Assembly: GCA_964016885.1 (NCBI GenBank)
Contig: OZ024740.1
Location: 169,074,001-169,138,000 of the forward strand
Source of the DNA: Eledone cirrhosa
Lineage: Eukaryota
DNA: 64,000 nucleotides
Direction: 5' to 3'
This document shows, one piece after another, positions 1 to 12,720 of the stretch. The translations under genes and the position numbers were made by a program. The notes below the pieces were generated by a model. It saw nothing but the letters and a program-made list of their open reading frames with translations. It was not told where the DNA came from and made no database searches. The first letter of the stretch is position 1. Each line of letters begins with the position of its first letter.

Positions 1-973
1 AAGTATATCACTAAAATTATAATGTAAAATATAAGTATTTCACTCGATAATTTGTATTGAGCTCTCTATCAGATAATATTACAGTTGCTATTAACATATC
101 TGTCTTTTATGATATCAGTATTTTTACACTGAGAATATTTCATTAAACAGACAAGCTACAATAGCTCTTTGGGATAATCCCAGAGGTAATTTAGTAATAG
201 ATAAACTGTAACATATAATTTACTTTGTATATGTGTCACATATGCACTTATTCTATTGACTGGTTCGTGTTTTATTGACATCTGGAAGGTTGAAAAACAA
301 GGTGGGTCTGAATTTGATTTGAATTCCTCTCAACACAAAGTGATGTAGCATAATACTATAAAGTAGCTTCGTTTAACCATTTTGATACCAACCTGTCTGA
401 TACTACCTCTGTCTCAATGAAACAAAATAACCTATTTTAAAAGATTTCTATTTAAATTTAATCTTCCAACAACATTTCATAGAAGAATCATATGTTAAGT
501 TACTATCTTAGTAATGAAATAATTAATAATATTAGTAAATCCTTACTTTGCCTTTCATCCTTACGGGGTCGATAAAATAAAGTACCAGTAATACACTGGG
601 ATAATTGCTAGCCTTATGCCAAAAGTAGAAACAATTAATTAATTAAAATCGAGTTTATTTCATAAGAAATGCAGTCATAAAAGGGGTCAGCATTCAACCA
701 ATTCTCTTATCTACTTGTTGCATATCTATCCAAATAAAAAAAAAGAGAAAAGAATAGTAGTTTCTAATTTTGGCAAAAGGCCAGCAATTTGGAGAACAGA
801 AAATTGATTATATTGACCCCAGTACTTAACTGGTACTTTTTTTATCAACCTTGGAAGGATGAAAGAGAAAGTTACCCTTGGTGAGATTTGAACTCAGCAA
901 GTTAAAGAGCCGGCACAAATACTGAAAAGCATTTGTTTGACACTAATGATTCAGCCAATCCACTGCCTAAGAA

Positions 974-1021
<48 letters not shown>

Positions 1022-1111
1022 TGTTTCTACTTTGGGCACAAGGCCAGCAATTACCCAGTGCATTACTGGTACTTTTATTTTATCGACCCCGTAAGGATGA
1101 AAGGCAAAGTC

Positions 1112-1141
<30 letters not shown>

Positions 1142-1145
<4 letters not shown>

Positions 1146-1490
1146 CGAGAGTGCAAGAGAAGGAGAGGGAGAAAATTAACCGATACCAGGACTTAAAGTG
1201 GGAGGTAAAAAGGATTTGGAACTGCCATGAAGTCAAAGTGGTCCCGATTGTCATAGGCGCACTGGGTACTATCTCAAAAAGTTTCCAGGGATGGTTAAAG
1301 AAAATTGGCCCCGCCACGCTTTTTGGAACGCTTCAAAAGGCATGCTTGCTGGGAACAGCAAGAACCCTTCGATACGTCCTGAATATCTGAGGCTGCAGGT
1401 AGTGGCTTGATATTCATTTCAACAAACTTCCAGTTAACTAACATCAATGACTGAGACTCAAAGAATTATAATAATAATAATAATAATAAT
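1142..1490 (+). mobile_element. R4/Dong-like RLE LINE, 3' fragment
   Basis: EKINRYQDLKWEVKRIW...VVPIVIGALG...LQKACLLGTARTLR is the RLE C-terminus; (AAT)n on both sides; near-identical to 10500-10890. Confidence 0.8.
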
Positions 1491-2797
1491 AATTATTATT
1501 TATTTTTTTATTTTTTTATTATAATCAATGTGCTGTATTAACTGACTTACCAATGCACACTGTGAATTTATTTGCCCTAGGTGTCAGGAAGACACTTGGC
1601 ATGTATCTCAGAAACAATAATGAAATAAAATAAAAATGATAATAATAATAATAATAAAATAATAATGAAAACAAAACAAATAATTTTAAGAACGATGAAT
1701 GGCATTTTTCAGTAGATAAGTGGGACAAGTACAAAACAAGGCATGACATGAACTTATTCAGGAGGTTTGTCAGAACAAGAAGTGCATGTAAAATACTTGA
1801 ATTAAGATTTAAAAGAAGTAATCATGATTTTTCACTGGAGGCACGTGGCCTTAGTGATAAGGCTGTTGGACTTAGGATCATAATATCAGGATCATAATGT
1901 CATGGGTCATGTTCTTGAGCAATACATTTCATTTCATGTTGCTCCAGTATACTCAGCTGTAAATGAGTACCAGCAATAGCTGGGGGTTTAATCCTGTGAT
2001 GGACTGACGTCCTATCCTGACATGTCTTGTACTCTCAGTTGTTTCATGCCATGAAAGCACCGGCCTAATGAGCTTTCTGGCTTAAGACAGACTTTAGATA
2101 GATTTTAGAAATACTGATTAATACACAGGTTCCAGATTGATTGTATGGTTAAGAAGCTCTCTTTGCAATCATGTTGTTCCAGGTCAATCCCATTGCATGC
2201 CATTTTATGTGTTAACCCAAACCTTGTGAGTGAAATTGGGTATATGGAAACTGTGCTTATAAATCAAAGAGCTATATTTGTCTCACACTGTGTAATGCTG
2301 AATCTCCCTTAGAATTGCATTAAGGATATATGTGTCAATTGGATGCTTTCTATCTATTCTTGTTGTTATCATAATCACTCACCCAGTTTAATTCTTAACA
2401 TCCTACAATGATTTGCAGAAAATATCTAAAAAGAGGTTTGTTAGTTTAGATATGTATAGTAATTTTACTATTGGAGTGATCATTATGAAAATTTGCAGGA
2501 AACTAAAGTAAAAACTTCAATGTTTAATGTGATGCAACCATAGCAGCGTTTTGTAATTTTAAAGAATGTCTTGCTAATGTAGTTTCATGCAGTAAAGAAT
2601 ATTAAAACCACCACCTGATCCTCAGGAGCCTTTAGCAGAGTCCACTTTGTTATAAGTTTTCAGACAAGATCTCCACTCAGAGGATAACTTACAGGTGTGA
2701 GACCAATAAGTTGAAATGCTGCTTTCAATGTGTTTCCCTTTCTGTCCTCTGGGGTAACGCTTTCTTATACGTATATTTATTTGGGTCACAGTTCATA

Positions 2798-4097
2798 TAC
2801 AAGGTGCATTAAACAAATATCCAATGTTTGGGCATGAAAAAAATTTTTTTTCACAACTTCGATTTAATCCCCTTCAAAATACTCACCTTGAAAGTTTACA
2901 TACTTCTCCCTGCACTTCTGCCACTGCTGGTAACAGCTCTGCAATGTATTCTCTGGAATGCTGTAGAACTCTGCCATTGCTTTTTTCATAATTTCCTCTT
3001 ATGTCAAAAATCACTTTCCTTTCAGTGTGGTTTTCAGATTGGAGAAGAGGCAGAAGTCACATCAAGAGAGTATAGAGCCTGTCAAATAAATGGTGTGTTG
3101 TTCTTGACCAGGAAAGCTTGGATTATGTGAACAGAAATGAGCACGCATTGTCGTGGTGAAGTTACCAATTCTTCACCATCCACATGTCCAGCCACTTTCG
3201 ACATACAACATCATGAAGGCAACAGATGACCTCCAGGTAGTATTCCTTATTGATTGTTTGGCCTTGTGGTGTGTATTCACGACACAATACTATGGAGTCA
3301 AAGAAATAGGTCAAATTTACCTTCACATTGCTGCGAACCGGTCATGCTTTTTTTGGCCTTGGTGATGAAAGATGTTTCCATTGCGAGGACTGGAACATGG
3401 TTTCCAGGTCATAACCATAAATCCATGTCTCATCATTAGTAATTATGGTTTTCATGATGTCTGAGTCATGGTTTGTACAGTCCAGCATGTCCTGAACGAT
3501 TTCCATGTAGAGTTGTTTCTGCTGCTCCACAAGCACCTTGGGGTTGAATTTCATTAATACTCTCTGCATGCACAGGTTCTCCGTTAGAATGGAATACACT
3601 GATCCTGTTCTTATTCCCACTTTGTGAGCAATTTCCTGGATTGTTCCATGATGGTGTTCCATGATAATATGCTGAACCTTCTCAATCGGCTCCTCACTTT
3701 GGCTTGTGGATGGCCTACCTGAGCATCTATGCTCGCCACTGAGGTGCAGCCATTTGAAGCACTTGTACCAGTCCTTGATCTGAGTTTTGCCCATAGCATC
3801 ATCACCAAAGGCCTGCTGAATTTTCTAGATGGTTTGAGCTTGAGTATCACCAAGCTTTTGGCAAAATGTGATGCAATATTTCTGCTTGATGTATTCAGTC
3901 ATTTTGCATGAAAAGGAAAATCCACTGCATGTGCACTATATGTCTGTACACTAGGCCTAACAGCTGGAAACTGATGAGGCCTACAGGCATGACAATTTTC
4001 ACACAGGAAGCATGGCATCACCACTCACCTAATGCACACAGAGCATTAGTTTTGACTGGAGAAACTAAATTTGGATACTTTTTGAATGCTCCTCATA
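2798..4097 (-). mobile_element. Degenerate mariner (Tc1/mariner) transposon, about 1.3 kb
   Basis: Frameshifted transposase (HTH ...GRPST..., TNDETWIYGYD catalytic motif); imperfect TIRs TACAAGGTGCATTAAACAAATATCCAA and TTGGATACTTTTTGAATGCTCCTCATA next to TA. Confidence 0.9.
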
Positions 4098-4509
4098 TGT
4101 ATATTTATATTCCCGTCCAGCCCATGTGAGCATGGAAAAGCAGACGTAAAAATGCTGATGATGATAATGATATCTCTCACATTCACATCCACACACACAC
4201 ACGTACACCTACACACATACACACACACCAACTTCCACCCTCCCCGCTCGGACACCCACATATATATACATATATATATATATATAAACATGCAAAGTAT
4301 TGCATGTATAAATGTTGAAAGTTTAAGTTCATCATAGATATTCTTGATCATATCATCATCATCATTATTACCATTTTACATCCATTTTTCCATGGTGACA
4401 TGGGTTAGACGAGTTTTCCTGTTGTGAGCAATGCCAGGTCAGGTGACCATGTCATGCTCATACAGAACCAATTTTGGCTTGTTTTCTACAGCTGGGTGCC
4501 TTTGTTTTT

Positions 4510-4978
4510 CAAAAAGTGCCCAGCCCACACTGTCAAGTGGTCATGTAGGTGTCATGACAAAAAGTGCTAAGCCCACACTATAAAGTGGTCATGTAGGTGA
4601 CATGAGAAAAAGCACCCAGCCCACATTGTAAAGTGGTTGTGTAGGTGATACAACAAAAAGCGCCCAGGCCACACTGTCAAGTGGTCATGTAGGTGTCACA
4701 ACAAAAAAGTACCCAGCCCACACTATAATGTAGTCATGTAGGTGACATGACAAAAAGTGCCCAGCCCACGTTGTAAAGTGTAGGTGTCATGACAAAAAGT
4801 ACCCAGCCCACACTGTAAAGTGGTTGTGTAGGTGTCATGACAAAAAATGCCCAGCCCACACTGTAAATTAGCTGTGTTGGTGATACGACAAAAAACGCCT
4901 AGTCCACACTGTAAAGTGATTGTGTAGGTGTCATGACAAAAAATGCCCAGCCCACACTGTAAATTAGTTGTGTTGGTG
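4510..4978 (+). repeat. About 49-bp minisatellite (roughly 10 copies) from the RTE-LINE 3' UTR module
   Basis: Unit aaaagtgcccagcccacactgtaaagtggtcatgtaggtgtcatgac; resumes at 5771 after a CR1 insertion and ends in the RTE tail with (GAT)n near 6012. Confidence 0.85.
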
Positions 4979-4979
4979 G

Positions 4980-5768
4980 GAACTGAAGCTAGCTGTGGAC
5001 AAGTGTACCACCATGCATTTTGGGAGGAAAAATCCAGCGTCCACATACTCCCTCCACAACACTGATATCAAGAAGTCATCTTGTGAACGTGACCTGGGCA
5101 TTATTGTCAGCAGCGATTTGCATTGGACAAAGCACATCTCTAAAATTGTCAAGAAGGCCGAGGGTGTCTTGGCATCACCAAGCAAGACCTTTGTTAGCCG
5201 CTCTCCAGCCATCTATTTAAAGCTGTATACAGCTATGGTAAGACCACACTTGGAATTCGCATCATCAGTCTGGAACCCCTATCTTGCTGAGAACATTGAC
5301 CTCCTGGAAACTGTTCAGAGACTTGCAACTAAGCGCATACCCTCCATCAGACACCTACCATACTCTGAATGCTCCGACGTCTGGCAATGGACTTGGTAAA
5401 CACCCACAAAGTTATTAACCATCTCGCCAACAACAACCCTGAGCACCTTTTTGATCTCCATGTGTCTAACACATGTGGACATGCCTACAAAGTCAGAAAA
5501 CAGCACAGCTCCCATGACTTTCGGAAACATTTTTTAACGCTTAGAGTTGCTGAAGCATGGAACAAACTGCCTGCGTCAGTTGTTAGCTGCCGAGACACTG
5601 CATCCTTTAAAACCCTCATGCTTCCCGAAATTCGCCAAAACTACACCTGATGTCCCCCTTCCATACTCATGCACTGTTCATTTTCCTTACCCTATGTACT
5701 ATATATACACTTTTGATGAGTTGTAGTGCACCTGAGCACTGTACACAATATTTTCATTATTATTATTT
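4980..5768 (+). mobile_element. CR1-clade LINE, 5'-truncated
   Basis: ERDLGIIVSSDL, LYTAMVRPHLEFASSVWNPY, TCGHAYKVRK, RVAEAWNKLP; 3' (ATT)n tail. Confidence 0.9.
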
Positions 5769-6711
5769 TTATACGACAAAAAGTGCCCAGTCCACACTGT
5801 AAAGTGGTTGTGTAGGTGTCATGACAAAAGCACACCCAGCACTCACTGTAAATGTGATTGGTGTTAAGAATCCAGCATCCAGCTGTGGAAACCAAGCCAA
5901 AATCGGTTCTGTATGAGCAAGACGTGGCATCGCACCTGCCTTTTCTCACAATGGGGCAAGTCATCTAACCCATGTTAGCATGAAAAAACGAACATTAAAT
6001 GGTGATGATGATGATATATAAAAGAATTCTACTTTGAAATTAGAGGGGATATTATTAAATCATCAAGGAGCAGGCTACACTTATGTACTAGCCCTAAATT
6101 ATGCCAACAGGGACATTGAGATTGAAGCCAAGTTCAAACAGGGATTTATTACCATTGACAACTGCAATGTTTAAAGTGTGGTGTTACTAGCATGGCTTTT
6201 TACCTAAGCTCTTATATCGTTTCCATGTGTATTAAATGTCATTAACCCTTCTGATAACAACCCACCTGAAACTGCCTCTGATTCTATGATACAAAACTAT
6301 TTATTTTAAATTGTCCATATCTATTTAAAACCTTTCATCATAACTTTATGCTAGAATCATTTTTAACTTAGGGTCAATAAAATAAATCACCAGTAATGCA
6401 CTGGGGTAATTGTTGGCATTGTACCAAAAGTAGAAACAATTATTATCATAAAGAGCATTGGATATTATTTATATTTTGTACTACTAAATTATGTCTCATT
6501 ATATTCTGAGTTAATATCCCACTAAAGTCAACTTAGCCTTTCATTCTTAGGGGTCAATGGATTAAATTGATTAACCCCACCCAACAGATTTGTGGCATTG
6601 TGGCTTTGTGCCTATCGTTAAAGAAACTTATTTCAATAAACAGCTGCATCTGCTTGGTGATCAGAATAAATGGAAACTTCATGGAACCATTTTGCATCAT
6701 ATGTTTGGTCT

Positions 6712-7065
6712 ATTATCATCATCATCATCATCATCATCATCATTTTACGTCCGCTTTTTCCTGCTTGCAAGGGTGGGACAGGAACTGATTCTGGCTTGAT
6801 TTCTACAGCTGGATGCCCTTCCTAACACCAACCTCATTTACAGTGAGTGCTGGGTGCTTTTTTTCCGTGGCGCTAACACGTCAACTTTGCAGTGGAATGA
6901 TAGGGACCCAGTTCTATCATCTCATTTCTACAGCTGAGTAAACTGGAGCAATGTGAAATAAAGTGTCTTGCTCAAGGAAACAACACATTACCCAGACTGA
7001 GAATTGAACTCACAACCTTTCGATTGCAAGCCCAATGCTCTAACCACTAAGCCATGTGCCTCCAT
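6712..7065 (-). mobile_element. CORE-type tRNA-SINE (octopus OR2-like)
   Basis: Reverse complement of the 28527-28875 element. Confidence 0.85.
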
Positions 7066-8019
7066 ATTATGAATTTAGGCTACAGTTGTAAAAGCTAGGG
7101 TTATTGAGGGGTAGGTCTCAGCAGGTGGGAGAAGAGGGGATTATTGGGAAACTGCAATGATTAGAGAGGCATTACATTGGAAGGGATGTCCCTGGAACAA
7201 TTGACACTGAACATTCCAGGAGGACATCAGACACAGGAACTAGCTGGAAAAGTTGGATAGGGGCAAATAGAAATGTGGTATACAACGTAACCACATGGTT
7301 ATAGAAACTACATAGATAAGCATAAGAGAAAGTTTATGAAATGTAGTATTTCTTTTCAGTTTAACTAAGTATATTCAACAATTATTGAGAATGCTATTAA
7401 CCATTTTGATTCTAAACTATCAGAAACTGACTCTGGATCTAGTGTACAAAACTCTCTATTTGAAAGTGTTTATATTTATCTAAAACCTTTTATCATATAA
7501 GAACCATTGTTAGGTTATGTTCCAAATACCAGCTTAATAAAATTGAAAATGAGTTATATTATTAAATCCCTCCAGGTTCTTTATCAGTTTCAAAATCATA
7601 GGTAGTGTTTTTCATTATAAATATGGTAATGAAAATGGTATTGATTATAACAGTTTCTGTGATATTTTAAAGCATATTCTGAAAAATTAAATGTTCTTTT
7701 AATATTGTTGTGTATTTTTTTCTTTTTCATTTAGGTAAACAATTCATCATTACTGTTTCCTACTGAAGTTTGCTGTTTCAATAGATGAGTAAGAAGGCTT
7801 GTGTTTCTTGATGCATTCCACAGTTTATTATATACTTTAAATGCACCAAGAATCACCAGTCTTCTGGCTCCTTCCATCATTGTACAACCAATGAATTCCA
7901 AGGAAGCTGAATAACCTCACCCAAATATAAATAAAATATGTACTACTACTACTACTACTACTACTACTTATGTGTATGTATGTACATATGTATGTGATGA
8001 TTATATATATATACATTAT

Positions 8020-8083
8020 TCTATATACTATATACTATACATGCACCTTTGATGAGTGCACCTGAGCACTGTACACAATCATT

Positions 8084-8133
<50 letters not shown>
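8020..8133 (+). mobile_element. CR1 3' tail with expanded (TTA)n
   Basis: gtgcacctgagcactgtacacaat...ttcattattatt matches the CR1 3' end at 5725-5768. Confidence 0.7.
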
Positions 8134-8137
<4 letters not shown>

Positions 8138-10490
8138 TTTGAGTCTTTTTCCAATTTCTATCTCCAGGTCTTTATACTTGCTCAATTTTTCAAATGTTTT
8201 TATAGATACATTCTTGTCTATTGGAATGGACATATCAATTAGCAGGCATACCCTCTTTTTAGAGTCCTTCAGTATTATATCAGGTCTATTTGCATCTATT
8301 TTTCGGTCTGTTTGGATGCTAAAGTTCCACAAGATTGAGATGTGATCTTTTTCAAGTATGGGAGGTGGTTGATGCTCCCACCAATTCTTTTGATGGGGCA
8401 GGTCAAATGCTTACACATTATCCAATGTATGTATTCTGCAGCTCTGTCGTGCCTGTTTAGGTATTCGGTTGGAGCTATAGGACTGCACATTGAAATTATA
8501 TGATCAATGGTCTCTGGTTGTTTTTTACATACACGGCATAATGGGTTGCATCCATTTTTTATTATGTTGGCTTGATATTTTTTTGTTGGCAGACACTGAT
8601 CTTGTGCTGATATAATCAGTCCTTCAGTCTCCGATTTCAGTCCAGAGGATGCCAACCACTGATGGGTTAAAGTTTTGTCAACATCAGGATTGTTAGCTCT
8701 TTCTGGGTATTTTCCATACAGAGGCTTTTCTTGCCATTTCTTAGGCAGTTTCTGTAGCAGTTCTTTCTTTGCAGTTACTTTTACCTGCTTTGCTTTTTCA
8801 ATGTTTTTCATTTCAGCAGTAAATGGAACTTCTGAAATTTGTAGTTCATTATTGTATCTTTGTGCATCTTTTGTAATGGAGTATGATCTTTTGGTGCTTT
8901 CGTGTTTCAAAATGAGTTTGATCATCCAATCATGTAATTCCCTTAGATATGTAGATAATCCAATTGTTGCAGTTTTCAAAGCAATATCTAACTGGATTAA
9001 CCCACGTCCTCCTTCTTTCCTAGGGAGATATATTCTTAGGGTGATGCATTCTGTGCATGGTTAAGAATTTTCTAATTTTTGTATCGAGCCTACGGATCTC
9101 TGAGTTTGACCAGTTGATGACATTGAAACTGTAGGTTACTACTGGTATGGTAAGCGTGTTTATGGCATCAACCTATTTCTTGCATTCAATTCCGTTCTTA
9201 TGATTGCTCTTACTCTATGGTAACATTCCTTCCTTATCCTTTCCCTCCGTCTCCTTCACAAACACCTAGATATTTGTAAGTTTCCTCTTGATCAAGTTCT
9301 CTTATCATATTTCCCCAATCAAGATTAGTGTCTGAACTTCTCAGCAGCTTTCCTCTGGTGAACGTGGCTTTGGCGCATTTGTCTAGTCCAAACTCCATTT
9401 TAATATCATCACTAAACTGCTTCACAGTCGATAATAGTCCTTGCAATTGCTTATCCTCTTTTGCAAATAGTTTCAGGTCATCCATGTAGAGCAAGTGATT
9501 AATGGTTTTGCCATAGACTTTATATCCATGTTTTGTTTCATTGAGCATTTTACTTAATGGTATAAGTGCAATGCAGAATAAGAGCGGTGATAAAGAGTCA
9601 CCCTGAAAAATTCCACAATTAATATTAACTTTTCCAGCTTCCAGTGATTTTTTTTCACTATTCAAAAGGAGTGTTGTTTTCCATGTCTTCATACTGAATG
9701 ACAGGAACCTCCTGACAATGGGAGATATTTTGAAAATCTCTAAACACTTTTCAATCTAACTGTGTGGCAAACTATCGAATGCTTTTTTATAATCTATCCA
9801 AGCAATTGATAGATTTTTGTGTCTATTATGACAATCTTCCAGTATCATTTTGTTAACCAAAAGCTGATCCTTACAGCCATATGAGCCACATTTACACCCT
9901 TTCTGATCATTGGGAAATAGATCATTTGTTATCAGGTGGTCATATGTATATTCAGTTAGGACTGATGTTAACATTTTATATATCGTGGTCAAGCAAATTA
10001 TCGGTCTGTAATTTTGGGGATTGTTTGTCTCATCATTCTTCGTAAGTAGGAATGTAACGCTGTTAACTAGCCATGATGGTATCTTTTATGGCTCCTTAAC
10101 CATTTCATTGTAATGTTGGGCTAACAGCTCATGAGACTCTGTGAAGGCATTTATCCAAAAATTTAGTATTTTGTCTTTCCCTGGGGATTTCCATTTGCTG
10201 GATTTTCTAAGAGCTAAACGCAGATGTTCAACTGTTATATTTTCCCATGTTTGTTCCTCAATATGAGCTGTATCTTTCATTTGTCTGTCTATCCATGGGA
10301 CATGTATATTATGAACTTTTTCTTCGGCCCAGATCTTTTCCCAGAATTCTTGCACTCCCTTCTTGGGTGGTATTGATTTAGCAATTATTGTTGACTTGCC
10401 AATTTTTCTGTAGAAGTTTCTTTGGTTGTTTTTGAACATATTATTGTCCTTATAGAATCTAGATCGTTTTTCAAATCGTCTTATACGTTA
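8134..10490 (-). mobile_element. R4/Dong-like RLE non-LTR retrotransposon, internal fragment with RT, CCHC knuckle and endonuclease
   Basis: WIDYKKAFDS, GIFQGDSLSPLLF, HLLYMDDLKL, CRVCKKQPETIDHIISMC, RPDIILKD...LIDMSIP; frameshifts and stops; (TTA)n at both ends. Confidence 0.92.
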
Positions 10491-10499
10491 TTATTATTA

Positions 10500-10890
10500 T
10501 TATTATTATTATTAGTAGTATTATTATTGTTCTTTGAGTCTCAGTCATTGATGTTATTTAACTGGAAAGTTTGTTGAAATGAATATCAAGTCACTACCTG
10601 CAGCCTCAGATATTCAGGACGTATCGGAGGGTTCTTGCTGTTCCCAGCAAGCATGCCTTTTGAAGTGTTCCAAAAAGCGGGGCTGGACTAATCTTCTTTA
10701 ACCATCCTTCGAAACTTTTTGAGATAGTGCCTAGTGCACCTATGACAATCGGGACGACCATGACTTCATGGCAGTTCCAAATCCTTTTTAACTCCCACTT
10801 TAAGTCCTGGTATCGGTTAATTTTCTCCCTCTCCTTTTCTTGCACTCTCGTGTCGAATGCGCAGGCTACATCCACAATCAGGCATGATCT
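10500..10890 (-). mobile_element. R4/Dong-like LINE 3' fragment
   Basis: CLIVDVACAFD...VVPIVIGALG...LLGTARTLRYVL plus 3' UTR, between (TTA)n tracts. Confidence 0.85.
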
Positions 10891-11415
10891 TCTTCTTCTT
10901 ATTATTATTATTATTATTATTACCAAACTTGAAAAAAGTAAGTATTGATTCGATTCAATATAGTTGACTAAATTCCTTCAGGCCAGTGCTCCAGAATAGC
11001 TGCAGCCTACTGGCTGAAACCAGTTAAAAAGTAAAAGATTAAAAGAGTATGCACCAGGTTTAAAATGTAAATATCGTATATACTCAAATATATGAATATA
11101 AGCAGACCCCACTATTTGATGTCTGAGAAATGGACAAAAATCCAAACCTTGTTTATGTAGAATTTGAAGTTGGTGTAAATCGTTAAAGTACTGACCTCAA
11201 ATATAAGCCAACTCCACTTCTACCATTGATTTTTGGGTCACGTATTCCTCGGCTTACATTTGAGTATATATAGTGTTTTTTTGTTTTTTCAGACGTAAAT
11301 CTTCAGATTTCTTGACTTGTTGCTTTCAAAGGCAAGTGATTTGGAACACATTTAGCAGTATGTTAAATCCTAAATGCGATCCAAATGACTTGTTCAGACC
11401 AGCACTACAACCATT

Positions 11416-11650
11416 TGATGATGACGACAATGATGATGATGATGGTGATGATGATTATGATAATAATGATGATGTTGATGATGGTGATTGTGTTGATGAT
11501 GGTAATGACAATTGTAATGGCGGTGATGATGATGATGACCCAACAACGATGATGACGATGATTGTAATGATGTTAGTGATGATGATGTTGAGAAGGAGGA
11601 AGAAAATGTTGAGAATGATGATGAGATAGTGATGATGATAATGATGATAC
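11416..11650. repeat. Degenerate (GAT)n microsatellite
   Basis: Visible trinucleotide repeat; source of spurious poly-D/H/M ORFs. Confidence 0.9.
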
Positions 11651-11992
11651 GTATACAGATGTAGCAATTAAACATGTTCACACTAGGCAAATATGAGTTT
11701 ATACCTCCCTACTCACTACCATCAGCACTGAGTTGGCTACCTGCAGGTGTTATCTTCGTGAGCTGGAATGGCTCTTCGATTGGAAGGGCATCCAGCTGTA
11801 GAAATCAAGCCAGAATCAGTTCCCGTCCCACTCTTACCATCCTCCAGGAAAATGCCTTCTCTATTCTGTTTGCCAGAGCTACAGGGCAACCAGCATATGG
11901 GCCCCCATTTGCTTATAATAGTGAGAGATAGGGAGAGGGAGAGAGAGATGAAGGCAATGACAATGGAAATTTGATTCCCTTATATTCAGACC

Positions 11993-12720
11993 TTATATAA
12001 AAAAAAAAATGGTAGAAAGGAAAAATATTTTTTCAGTAGAAAATGTTGAAGTGATTTTTTCAGTGAAATATCAAAACAATTTATTTACAATACTGGTTTC
12101 AGCATTATATGCATTGTCAATTGCAGATATGCAGAATATTGTTAAGTTGCATATTTGTGCAAATAGTGAAAATAATAATAATTAAAAAAATAGAAAGGGG
12201 AAGAAAAATTAATTTTCACATACATGTTCATTCAGAGAAGAAAGTTAATTTCTCTGTCCAACCTTCTCTGCTATTATTTTCACTATTTCTACAAATATGC
12301 AACTTAACAATATTCTGAATATCTGCAATTGACAATGCATATAATGCTGAAACCGATATTGTAAATAAATTAATGTTTTGATGTGTTGTTTCCTTGAGCA
12401 AGGCACTTTATTTCACATTGCTCCAGTTTACTCAGCTGTAGAAATGAGATGATAGGGACTGGGGTCCCTATCATTCCACTGTAAAGTGGTCGTGGAGGTG
12501 CCACGGCAAAAAAGCACCCAGCACACACTGTAAATGAGGTTGGTGTTAGGAAGGGCATCCAGCTGTAGAAATCAAGCCAGAATCAGTTCCCGTCCCACCC
12601 TTGCAAGCAGGGAAAAGTGGACGTAAAATGAAATGATGAGATGATGATATCTCACTGAAAAAATCTCTTCAACATTTTCTATTGAAAAAATCTTTTTCCT
12701 TTCTACTATTTGTTTATATA
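11993..12720. mobile_element. Foldback MITE with about 185-bp inverted arms; right arm interrupted by a SINE
   Basis: 12075-12180 is the reverse complement of 12270-12382; 11995-12072 pairs with 12646-12720; TA-rich ends. Confidence 0.8.
12380..12645 (+). mobile_element. CORE-type SINE, 5'-truncated
   Basis: Matches 28600-28860. Confidence 0.85.

Noticed and set aside
4510-4978. CRISPR-like regular array
   Set aside because: Units are contiguous with no unique spacers; the sequence is eukaryotic and the unit is an RTE 3' UTR module.
7735-7788. Possible + strand exon (strong acceptor, VNNSSLLFPTEVCCFNR*); similar candidate at 11293
   Set aside because: No recognisable protein and no compatible partner exons; cannot be supported without RNA data.
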